Source: a phage. Taken from it: a stretch of DNA of 64,000 nucleotides. Location of the stretch: NCBI GenBank assembly GCA_024975835.1, contig GCA_024975835.1_4840.1. One strand, 5' to 3'. The position numbers and the translations under genes were made by a program. Under the pieces are notes generated by a model. It had not been told where the DNA came from and searched no databases. It was given only the letters and a program-made list of their open reading frames with translations. Shown here in pieces: positions 54,301-62,124 of the stretch (positions are counted from its first letter, which is position 1; each line of letters begins with the position of its first letter).

Positions 54301-56161
54301 CACGTACACCGACAGGACGACTACCACCATGACTGGTGAGCAGATCGTTGAAACGCAGGTAATCCCATACATGCGCAAAACGAACATCAACTTCGAAGCC
54401 ACAGGCCTGCGTCCGTTCACTCGTGTGTATCCGTTCTTCTCCGGGCGTGATGTGAGCGCGTACTGTACCCCAAACGGTGGCGCTCTGGGTGGTGCGTTGA
54501 ATACTGATGCCAACGGCAACATCAAAGGTGTGTTTGCGGTTCCTCAGAACGAGACTATCAAGTTTAACACGGGTGACAACGTCTTCCGTCTGACTGACAG
54601 TCCTGTGGACAGCAAGTCTGCTGATGATACCCTGACCAATGCTGAGGCTGTTCATAAGTCCTTCGGTAAGAAACAGGGTATCCAGAAGACTTATGTCAAC
54701 ACTCGCGTCCTGGGATACACTGCGACCAAGTCTACGGAAAACAAAACAGAGACGGTTGAAGTCGCGAAGTGGAAAGATCCTATCGCCCAGTCCTTCATGG
54801 TTGCCACCAATATCGGCGGCGAATACATCGAAGGCATCGAAGTGTTCTTCTCTACCAAGTCTCGCGATATTCCAATCACTTTGGAAATCCGTGAGATGAG
54901 CAATGGTCTGCCAGCGACGACTGTCGTCACTCGTAAGACTCTGAATCCATCAGAAGTTTCCATCTCCACAGACTCTTCTGTGCCGACGATGTTCAAGTTT
55001 GATTATCCTGTGTATCTGCAGGCGCAGACTGAGTTCGCGATTGTTCTCTTGGCCAACACTCAGGACTACAACGCATACATCGCAGAGATGGGTAAGAAGA
55101 ACTTGCTGACCAACGAGTTCATTGCCAAACAGCCGTATACTGGCGTGTTCTTCACATCTTCAAATGGTACGACCTGGACTCCAAACCAGACTGCTGATAT
55201 GAAGTTCCGTGTGTATCGCTGTAACTTCTCCGCTGGTTCAAACATCGTGACCTTCGATGCTAAAGTCGGTCCGAAGATCCGCCCTCTGGGTCTGAACACC
55301 GTGAAATGTGTCAACGGTTCTTCAACTGTTACTGTGTACGCTCCGGGGCATGGCCTGACTGCGGGTGAAAGTGTTACTCTGTCTGGGTTGACGGGTGGTT
55401 GTGGTTTCACTCCTGAGCAACTGAACGCTCGACACACTGTGACTGATGCGACGTTCACGACGTTCAAATTCGTTCTGAGTTCCAACGCCGACTCCGACGG
55501 TCAGATTGGTGGTGAAGCGGCTTCTTTCCTAGGCAACTACTTGGTAGACATGTTCTATGCAAGCGTCACCAATTCAGCCCTAGAAGGATCTGTATTGAAA
55601 CTGGAATACCGCTATCGCGATGCGACCTCCAACTCATTCTCTGATTGGGTTGAGTTCGAATCCGATACGGACGTGTCTCTGCCGACGGAAGGTATCTATC
55701 GTCAGGTGGGCGACTTCCAGGTTCGTGCAACTATGACTCGCAACGAGAGTAATGTCTACACGGCTCCAATGATCGACGGTGATGATTTCACTATCATCTT
55801 CAACACCTACGGTGTGGATCCGTTTGAAGACGTGTTCAGCTACGTGACCAAGGATATCGGATTCGATAACCCTTGCACCACTCTGAAACAATACTTCGGC
55901 GCGATGCTACCTTCTCAGTCTTCAATGACTGTACAGGTTAAACTGCTGCGCGCAGGTCAGGAGATGGATGACGTGGAATGGGAAACTGTGACACCGACAT
56001 CCCCTCTGGTCAATGACGGTTCTACATTCTTCGAATATGAGTATGACAAGACTGTAGCCAGTACCAATCCTTTCGTTGGCCTGAAGATCCGCCTGCTGGT
56101 CAGAGGCAACCGCACAGCACCGCCGTCATTCAAAGATTTCCGTTTGATTGCTCTGGCATAA
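51323..56161 (+). CDS. large virion structural protein (1612 aa; baseplate/tail-associated)
   Basis: Very long ORF with structural-protein composition between tailspike and neck genes; start at ATG 51323 with GGAG site. Confidence 0.5.
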   Translation: MQEMNLNRRPYWDDWNPEKRFSRILFRPAPIKVQTRELNQMQTIFQDQLEKLGNHLFKDGSMVIPGGLTITNTAVSMKFTLAGGSEFTDLEGISELYVLGKDNNAKARVLSLERYPAEPDTMYAILEMTESGSSDGFEAGDNLYFNTYDVNDNFIRVGYGVADTVGGSIVARMTKGVYFVRGMFLDVEPTTLIVDNASNSTSHRIGFKVTETIVTEAEDESLFSNAQGTPNSKAPGAHRLRVDLVLSRYGYDEEVADFVELAKVKDGRIQSMVTQSTYNILEDAMAQRTYETNGDYNVSTHQIDLREHLKQNNNGGVYTPAEGGDESKFVAVMKPGISYVRGRRIENLGEELVIIEKARDTDILNNNPVAVSTGNYLVSKNSKGVPVVSRTIRYKFLNASSDVQATALLISAERSGTEFRLYMRDLVVTGDMGTVTKVAYEESGTTMFSCELESNQFSQSSAIDLIFPLPVFGVKTLAPTGTIDINYTVLRSNKITLNAAGAGSISAPLGYSFSPEFSLYSAAKADGTAAQFDISSGLSLAGTPVGSALQISLGAGYANQSINLLALMVRTTATIKTKTVTEVTETVTFTTAASVQLGNHDGYKLVSVKNANGADVTSNFTLDGGQRDAAYYLSNLVSSTGSISGVFTVVYQYFAHSSGDFFTADSYSSINYPDIPNYVSSSSGTVYGLADSLDFRPKITNGTSDTDMVRPNTAIILDAEYYLPRIDAVYLADNGVFNVARGVSSNSLASPAIPDNGMRLYELMIPPYTANIDDIQIRTIDNRRYTMRDIGKLETRISNVEYYTSLSQLESSAMAQQVFDPITGNPRFKNGIAADPFKDFRLIDDLSADWVGSIDTDNGRLRPFVQQNAIDLTPVGWNNVQDGMVVCNYTREISVRQDYATTTINVNPYAVFNWEGFLKLNPTTDYWFENYYVTPRVINETINTRGAIKEGSVYGTWRTVSVSERVWEPHGAGGVWWGYRYRTTVSTRDITTYTYTDRTTTTMTGEQIVETQVIPYMRKTNINFEATGLRPFTRVYPFFSGRDVSAYCTPNGGALGGALNTDANGNIKGVFAVPQNETIKFNTGDNVFRLTDSPVDSKSADDTLTNAEAVHKSFGKKQGIQKTYVNTRVLGYTATKSTENKTETVEVAKWKDPIAQSFMVATNIGGEYIEGIEVFFSTKSRDIPITLEIREMSNGLPATTVVTRKTLNPSEVSISTDSSVPTMFKFDYPVYLQAQTEFAIVLLANTQDYNAYIAEMGKKNLLTNEFIAKQPYTGVFFTSSNGTTWTPNQTADMKFRVYRCNFSAGSNIVTFDAKVGPKIRPLGLNTVKCVNGSSTVTVYAPGHGLTAGESVTLSGLTGGCGFTPEQLNARHTVTDATFTTFKFVLSSNADSDGQIGGEAASFLGNYLVDMFYASVTNSALEGSVLKLEYRYRDATSNSFSDWVEFESDTDVSLPTEGIYRQVGDFQVRATMTRNESNVYTAPMIDGDDFTIIFNTYGVDPFEDVFSYVTKDIGFDNPCTTLKQYFGAMLPSQSSMTVQVKLLRAGQEMDDVEWETVTPTSPLVNDGSTFFEYEYDKTVASTNPFVGLKIRLLVRGNRTAPPSFKDFRLIALA

Positions 56162-56174
56162 GTAGTATTAACAA

Positions 56175-56191
56175 GGCGGGGTTGCCCCGCC
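56175..56191 (+). terminator. stem-loop after the large structural gene
   Basis: GGCGGGGTTGCCCCGCC hairpin; no strong T-tract. Confidence 0.3.
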
Positions 56192-56210
56192 ATTAACAGA
56201 GGATATTATC

Positions 56211-56459
56211 ATGCGTGGTGTAAAAGTACAAGGGCATGCATCGATGATGAGAAGTAGCTCTTGCCCTGGGGCTATCATCTGCACAGACAATGCTGCCGGT
56301 TTGGCAGCACTGAACGCTCGTCGAAATCAGGAAGAAAAGGACAGAACTATTGCAGCGCAGGCAGCGCAAATAGATCAACTGACAGCGATGGTACAACTCA
56401 TGGCGGAACACCTCGGGATTGAACTCCCGTCAGGAGGCCAAGATGGCAACCCAAACTGA
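56211..56459 (+). CDS. hypothetical protein
   Basis: 82-aa ORF with GAGGA site; overlaps the next gene by 17 nt in another frame. Confidence 0.35.
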   Translation: MRGVKVQGHASMMRSSSCPGAIICTDNAAGLAALNARRNQEEKDRTIAAQAAQIDQLTAMVQLMAEHLGIELPSGGQDGNPN

Positions 56460-56781
56460 CACTGTGATCGATGTGAAAGCGATCCTCACCGGGGTGCTGA
56501 CGGCGACGATAGTCTCTGTTGGCTCGGTTGTTTGGATGATGGGTAAATTTGAGAATCGCCTTGATGTGGTTGAGCGTGACTCCAACAAGGTCGACCTAAT
56601 CCTCACCAAGGTGAACGATATGAATGAGAAGATTGCTGTGTTAAACACAGACGTTAACTACGTCAAGCAGAACGTTGCTGAGTTGAAACTCAATAGCAAC
56701 AGTCTATCCGACGACGTTCGCACTTTACGTATCACCGTCGCTGATATCCAGAGCAACAAGGGGAATGGCAATGGCCGTTAA
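56443..56781 (+). CDS. small membrane/coiled-coil protein
   Basis: Start at ATG with GGAGG site; one hydrophobic helix then heptad-like region. Confidence 0.45.
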   Translation: MATQTDTVIDVKAILTGVLTATIVSVGSVVWMMGKFENRLDVVERDSNKVDLILTKVNDMNEKIAVLNTDVNYVKQNVAELKLNSNSLSDDVRTLRITVADIQSNKGNGNGR

Positions 56782-57523
56782 TTCTATTGTTGATCGTAAA
56801 GGATTTATGAATTACATTCTCAAGAAATTGGGGGCACCTGTAATTCAGATCAACCTTGACCCAACGCAAGTTTCGGATGCTGTAGACGATGCTCTACAGA
56901 AGTTTTGGGAGTATCATCGTGATGGCAGTCAGGACGCATTCTTTGTTCACCAGGTGACTGAAGAAACTATCACCAACGGTTACATCGAATTCCCCAAAGA
57001 CATCGACGACGTGGTGGAAGTCATCGTTGGCCCTCCGATTGAATCGATCGGTAACTGGGCAACCCCTCAATGGCAGATGGCCCAAGCCATGTTGGTACCA
57101 AAGGCCGCCCTCGTTTCCATCCGCTTGGTCGACTATGTTTCAATGCAACAGCGTTTGTCTGACATCACCAGTGTGCTGAACGTGAAGCGCACCTTCGTTT
57201 ACAAGAAATTCCAGCGCAAACTCTACCCACAATTCGCCCTGATAAAGGACGAGGTGTTGGCGTTCAAATGCTTCCAGAACATCGACCCAGAGGTTGAGGG
57301 TAATGAAGAAGCATGGAATGATATGTGGCTGAAGGCATATGCAACTGCGTTGGTCAAGCGCCGCTGGGCAGAAGTGCTCAAGAAGGCAAGAGGCATCCGT
57401 CTCCCTGGCGGTATCGAGCTGGATGGCGATAGTATGTTCAGTGAGGCTGAAGCGGAGATCGAGCGTTTAGAGGAAGAATTGCGTACTGGTCAGCAGTACC
57501 CTATCGACTTCTACATGGGATAA
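56765..57523 (+). CDS. neck protein (gp13-like, by position)
   Basis: 252-aa ORF ahead of neck/terminase genes; alternative start at 56771. Confidence 0.4.
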   Translation: MAMAVNSIVDRKGFMNYILKKLGAPVIQINLDPTQVSDAVDDALQKFWEYHRDGSQDAFFVHQVTEETITNGYIEFPKDIDDVVEVIVGPPIESIGNWATPQWQMAQAMLVPKAALVSIRLVDYVSMQQRLSDITSVLNVKRTFVYKKFQRKLYPQFALIKDEVLAFKCFQNIDPEVEGNEEAWNDMWLKAYATALVKRRWAEVLKKARGIRLPGGIELDGDSMFSEAEAEIERLEEELRTGQQYPIDFYMG

Positions 57524-57526
57524 GGA

Positions 57527-57547
57527 AAGGCGGGATTACCCGCCCTT
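57527..57547. terminator. bidirectional terminator
   Basis: AAGGCGGGATTACCCGCCCTT hairpin between the plus gene end (57523) and the minus gene end (57551), T-tracts on both sides. Confidence 0.45.
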
Positions 57548-57550
57548 CTT

Positions 57551-57763
57551 TTAGATTTTCAAATCCAGGTTTCCGTTACCACTACCACGCAGCAGACCGT
57601 CTTCTGTCTTGTCTTTGGAGTTCCACCACTCAATGAAGTCTGTGCCGTCTACTTCTTTCACCAGACCGACGATGTCGTAATCACCACCTCCAATCTTGGC
57701 GTCTACACAGATGATTCGGACGCGACGACCGCTGCGAACTTCTTTGATGTCTTCCACTTGCAT
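57551..57763 (-). CDS. small hypothetical protein encoded antisense within the late gene block
   Basis: 70-aa ORF with ATG start and GAGGAA site; only minus-strand gene in the structural module. Confidence 0.4.
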   Translation of the reverse strand: MQVEDIKEVRSGRRVRIICVDAKIGGGDYDIVGLVKEVDGTDFIEWWNSKDKTEDGLLRGSGNGNLDLKI

Positions 57764-57789
57764 GAGCTATTCCTCAAAAGAATAAACTT

Positions 57790-57802
57790 CGACTAAATAC
57801 CT
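57790..57802 (+). promoter_or_regulatory. late-promoter-like motif CTAAATACC
   Basis: GACTAAATACC 24 nt upstream of ATG 57823; near-inverted repeat with the TTGAGGGTAT ribosome-binding region. Confidence 0.45.
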
Positions 57803-57822
57803 TCAAAATTGAGGGTATCGAT

Positions 57823-58473
57823 ATGGCCACTTCTAAATATTTCAACGCCACCAATCACCAAGGCACACAGAAGCTGATTGAAGATTTGGTACAGGAAATG
57901 ATTGAGTTGCGCGGGATAGACATCAAGTATATACCCCGTTCCATCGTTGAAAAATTTCCTATCACCAACGATGCCAACCACAGGTTCGACCAGGCGTTCG
58001 ACATCGAAGCGTACATGCAGGATTATCAGGGCTTCAACACCCAGATGTGGGAGAAGTTTGGGGGTATCCAATTGCAAGACGAAGTGACGTTCTCTATCTC
58101 GCGCCGCCGATTTGCCGAGGTGATAGGCAACGGTGTTGGGTTTGAACAACAACCTCAGGAAGGCGACCTGATCTATCTGCCACTGGCGAACAAGATCTTC
58201 AAGGTCAACAACCCGAACAACGATGAAGACTTCATGCAATTTGGCAAATGGTATACGTTCTCTCTGCCGTGCACGTTGTTCCAGTACGGCAACGAAAACT
58301 TCGATACAGGCGTTCCGGAAATCGACGATATCGACAAACGTCTGTCCATCTTAGACGAAGAGAACGAACCGGACGTGTACAAGGATTCTTCTCTACAGAC
58401 CGACAATGCTTTAGCAGATGTTCTTGAGAAGGGGCTTGCAACAGACAAGATGAAGATCGACTTTGGAGAATAA
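57823..58473 (+). CDS. neck protein (gp14-like, by position)
   Basis: 216-aa ORF following a late-promoter motif. Confidence 0.4.
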   Translation: MATSKYFNATNHQGTQKLIEDLVQEMIELRGIDIKYIPRSIVEKFPITNDANHRFDQAFDIEAYMQDYQGFNTQMWEKFGGIQLQDEVTFSISRRRFAEVIGNGVGFEQQPQEGDLIYLPLANKIFKVNNPNNDEDFMQFGKWYTFSLPCTLFQYGNENFDTGVPEIDDIDKRLSILDEENEPDVYKDSSLQTDNALADVLEKGLATDKMKIDFGE

Positions 58474-58475
58474 TC

Positions 58476-59171
58476 ATGGCCAGACCATTTGAAAATTACT
58501 TCTACCATGATTCATTGATGAAATACATCAATCTGTTTGCCACCATTATGTCTGACCTGAAGGTGAACACAGAGCGTGGACTTATGGAAGTCCCATTACA
58601 CATGGCCATCGGGAGACGCAATGACCTCAACAGGAACGTGCCGTCCAACATGCTTCCATTTGCGACCTTCTCTTTTGGTCAGTTTGAGATCAACAAACAG
58701 GTGACGAAGACGTACCACAATCGACAATCGACACCAACAGCAGGGGCGAAGCAGCGAATCCCCCTGATTATCGATTTTGAGTACAATATCCGAACCAAGA
58801 AATTGGTTGAGATGTTACAGGTGCTAGAGCAGGTTTATTCGGTATTCACTCCCTCTCTAGACTGTGGTATCAAAGACAACGATACACTACAGCAAGACCA
58901 GAAGATCAAGATCCAACTGATCAGCCACCAGATGTCCGATAACTGGGAAGGGGATGCTTCTGATTCACCACACGTCGACTGCTCCTTCATGTTCCAGCTG
59001 AGCGGCTTCATCTACGGGTATGACTATTGGGTGGACAACGGTGGAGGCGGGGATCCTAACGGGATCAAAGAGATAATTATCGAAATGTCTAATGATTTGA
59101 AAACACCGTGGACGGAACTGCCGGAGTGGTTCCGTGTTGACAAAGACGGTGTACATCATCCTGGAGATTGA
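58476..59171 (+). CDS. tail completion/terminator protein (gp15-like, by position)
   Basis: 231-aa ORF coupled to neighbours (GGAGA site). Confidence 0.4.
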   Translation: MARPFENYFYHDSLMKYINLFATIMSDLKVNTERGLMEVPLHMAIGRRNDLNRNVPSNMLPFATFSFGQFEINKQVTKTYHNRQSTPTAGAKQRIPLIIDFEYNIRTKKLVEMLQVLEQVYSVFTPSLDCGIKDNDTLQQDQKIKIQLISHQMSDNWEGDASDSPHVDCSFMFQLSGFIYGYDYWVDNGGGGDPNGIKEIIIEMSNDLKTPWTELPEWFRVDKDGVHHPGD

Positions 59172-59173
59172 TT

Positions 59174-59881
59174 ATGAGTGCTATGTCAGAACGCCTATTA
59201 TCCACCCTCAGCGCTATCCAAGCGCGAGATGAGGTCGCTCAAGAAGTCATGGAGAAGACCTCGCCTGTGGCTGGAAAGGATTACGATCCGGATACAGGTG
59301 TATGGTTGGGTGAAAAGCCTGCGGGGTATGAGCCTGTGGTGTTTCCTCCTTCATTGGACCCAGAAGAGCTGAAGCCCAAGGAGTCTAAGGTTCCAGACTT
59401 CGAAGACACTGATGCCACCACCGACTACAAACGCATCCGTGACACGACTTATGCCATGCAGGAAGCCACGATGTTCATGATGGGGCAGGCAGCCAAACTT
59501 GCGACGACGACTGAAGCACCCCGTGCCTTCACAGTCTTCAAAGAGTTGGGTGAACTCATGCGCGGTCTGAACAAAGACCTGATGGAGAACCAGAAAACCA
59601 TCAAGGCGGTCACGGGCGACAGAGAGCCACCTCCTGGAGACGAAACAACCGTCGAGGTCACCACTTCCCCTGATGGGACAACAACAGTCAACGTCGGTAA
59701 ACAGGCCAGGTCTTCCCGTGATCTACTGAAGACCATCGAAGACGCCCGTAAACGTGCTGAAGAACGTGCTGCAGCGAAATCTGCGCCCAAAGGACCTGAT
59801 CCCGAAGAAGATGTAATCGACGTTCAGGCGGAGCCGCAGCCGAAGGAAGAAGGTGAAGACAATGGCGTATCAGAAGCGTGA
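59174..59881 (+). CDS. terminase small subunit (putative)
   Basis: Immediately upstream of and overlapping the large terminase gene; acidic/Lys-rich C-terminal tail; GGAG site. Confidence 0.45.
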   Translation: MSAMSERLLSTLSAIQARDEVAQEVMEKTSPVAGKDYDPDTGVWLGEKPAGYEPVVFPPSLDPEELKPKESKVPDFEDTDATTDYKRIRDTTYAMQEATMFMMGQAAKLATTTEAPRAFTVFKELGELMRGLNKDLMENQKTIKAVTGDREPPPGDETTVEVTTSPDGTTTVNVGKQARSSRDLLKTIEDARKRAEERAAAKSAPKGPDPEEDVIDVQAEPQPKEEGEDNGVSEA

Positions 59882-62072
59882 TGTAGAATACGCCCCACTC
59901 AAGACGGGGTTTAAAACAGAAGACGTCAGACTGCGTATGGACCAAACGTTCATGCGCAAGCCGTCTGTGCGCGCTCCTCGCGTGGAGTTGATGCTAACAG
60001 ATGAGCAGGAATCGGAGTTCGTCGAGTGCGCGATGGACGCCCATTACTTCGCCGCCAACTACTACAAGATCACGACCATCGATAAAGGCTTCATCCTCTT
60101 TGACATGCACGATTATCAGAAGCAGTTGTTCCATGACTTCCAGGACTATCGATTCAATGTGGTCGTCCAGGCTCGTCAGTCTGGGAAATGTGTAAAAGGT
60201 GACACGCTTGTCACAGTTTACGATACTCTCAGCCAAGAGGAGTTGATCCTGACCATAGGGGAGCTTCACAGCCGCTTCGAGGACGTCAACCACGCTGTGC
60301 CGCTGAATACCATTGGCAACCATGACAAGTTCGTGGACAGCCGCTTCGGTAAACGTTACTTTGTACAATCCGATAGTGGCTGGGTTCCGGTTATCGCGGC
60401 GCATAAGACGAAGAAATATGCGGAATTCGTTATTGTCACCGTTACCGGGCGACGAATTAACGTGGCCGATGAACATATGTTCTTCACTCCGGAAATGAAG
60501 GAGATATTTGCCAAAGACCTGAATGCTGGGTCATACATCATGACGTCAGAAGGTCCAGAAGAAATCCGTGAGATTTGGCAGACTGGTGAAATGCATCACA
60601 TGTATGACCTACAGGTGAAATCTGGTGATCAGCGCTACTACACCAACGGCTTCCTCAGCCACAACACGACAGTCGTGGCAGCATTCCTTCTCTGGTATGC
60701 GATGTTCCACTCCGACAAAGAGATCGCAGTACTGGCGAACAAAGAGAAGCAGGCGATTGAAATCCTGGATCGTATTCGAAAAGCATATCAAGATTTGCCA
60801 TTCTTCCTCCAACAGGGTTGTGAGAAGTTCGGTTCCACGCTGATAGAGTTCGAAAACGGATCAAAGATCTACGCCTATGCGACATCTTCCGACTCCATCC
60901 GTGGTCGATCTGTATCGCTCCTGTATGTGGACGAAGTGGCGTTCATTGAAAACGACTTTGAATTCTGGGAGTCTACATTCCCGGCGATTGCATCTGCAGA
61001 GACTTCACGTTGTATTCTGACCAGTACGCCGAAAGGTCAGCGCGGGTTATTCTACGACATCGTCACCAAGGCGAACCCAGAACACCCACAATACAACGAC
61101 TTCAAACTCACAGAGGTCCCATGGTATCGTGTTCCAACGTACACCAAAGATCCAGACTGGGAATCCAAACAAAGGGCGAAGCTGGGTGATGCACGTTTCG
61201 ATCAAGAATTTGGCATTAAGTTCCGTGGTTCTGTGGGATCACTGATACCTGCCAAGTGTCTGGACAAGATGACCTCGAAGCTGTATCAGGAGCCGAACGA
61301 GTTCACCAAGATTTACCACGACTACGATCCTAAGCGCATCTATATGGGTATCGCAGATACAGGCAAGGGTGTCGAAGGGGATTATTCTGTGCTGACCATT
61401 ATCGACATCACAGACTATCCTCACAAGATCGCAGCCAAGTATCGGAACAACACGATACCTCCAATGATGTATGCGTACACAATCGCCGATATGGGCGAGA
61501 AGTATGGAACGTGCCCGATGCTAGTCGAGACCAACAACGACGTGGGTGGTCAGGTAATCACTATCCTCTACCAGGAAATTGAATATCCCGAGATCATCTT
61601 CACCACAACAGATACCAAGGGCACAGGCAAGAGAATCGGTGGTCGCCGCCCTGAACCTGGTATCAATACCAACAAGAAGGTGCGCACAAACGGCTGTGCC
61701 AACCTGAAAGCCCTGATTGAACGTGAAATGCTGGTGATAGATGACCAGGACACGATAGATGAACTCAGTACATTCGTATGGACTGGGACAAGGTATGAAG
61801 CCGATGATGGTTGTCATGATGACTGTGTAATGCCTCTTGTGCTGTATGCATGGGCGGTGAAACAAGAATGGTTTAGTGACCTCACCAACTCCAGTATCTC
61901 AGTCGACATGAGAGGACGGTTGTCTGCGATGGAAGAATCACAGATGCTACCATTTGGAGGTATGATGTCGACGCCAGATCCTCACTCTGTGGAGAACATC
62001 CCAGGGTTCGGTGGAATTCAGGTTTATGACGACCGCTCTGGTATGTCTATGGAAGAATGGCTGAGACGGTGA
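59862..62072 (+). CDS. 17: terminase large subunit (T4 gp17-like) interrupted by a mini-intein
   Basis: Walker A split as QARQSGK / intein / TTVVAAF; removing 159 aa leaves about 577 aa; start at ATG 59862 (ORF track used GTG 59853). Confidence 0.85.
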   Translation: MAYQKRDVEYAPLKTGFKTEDVRLRMDQTFMRKPSVRAPRVELMLTDEQESEFVECAMDAHYFAANYYKITTIDKGFILFDMHDYQKQLFHDFQDYRFNVVVQARQSGKCVKGDTLVTVYDTLSQEELILTIGELHSRFEDVNHAVPLNTIGNHDKFVDSRFGKRYFVQSDSGWVPVIAAHKTKKYAEFVIVTVTGRRINVADEHMFFTPEMKEIFAKDLNAGSYIMTSEGPEEIREIWQTGEMHHMYDLQVKSGDQRYYTNGFLSHNTTVVAAFLLWYAMFHSDKEIAVLANKEKQAIEILDRIRKAYQDLPFFLQQGCEKFGSTLIEFENGSKIYAYATSSDSIRGRSVSLLYVDEVAFIENDFEFWESTFPAIASAETSRCILTSTPKGQRGLFYDIVTKANPEHPQYNDFKLTEVPWYRVPTYTKDPDWESKQRAKLGDARFDQEFGIKFRGSVGSLIPAKCLDKMTSKLYQEPNEFTKIYHDYDPKRIYMGIADTGKGVEGDYSVLTIIDITDYPHKIAAKYRNNTIPPMMYAYTIADMGEKYGTCPMLVETNNDVGGQVITILYQEIEYPEIIFTTTDTKGTGKRIGGRRPEPGINTNKKVRTNGCANLKALIEREMLVIDDQDTIDELSTFVWTGTRYEADDGCHDDCVMPLVLYAWAVKQEWFSDLTNSSISVDMRGRLSAMEESQMLPFGGMMSTPDPHSVENIPGFGGIQVYDDRSGMSMEEWLRR
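60189..60665 (+). mobile_element. mini-intein (159 aa) in the terminase Walker A motif
   Basis: Begins with Cys (CVKGDTLV), ends with His-Asn (GFLSHN) followed by Thr; splicing reconstitutes GKT; too short for a homing-endonuclease domain. Confidence 0.7.
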
Positions 62073-62084
62073 TCACTAAATATC
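62072..62084 (+). promoter_or_regulatory. late-promoter-like motif CTAAATATC
   Basis: CACTAAATATC about 45 nt upstream of the sheath start. Confidence 0.4.
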
Positions 62085-62124
62085 TTTCAAATTGAGCGAA
62101 ACTCTACAGAGAAGGAATAAGATT

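Noticed and set aside
56211-56781. Programmed frameshift joining the 82-aa and 112-aa ORFs
   Set aside because: The second ORF has its own strong GGAGG site and ATG; no slippery heptamer seen in the 17-nt overlap.
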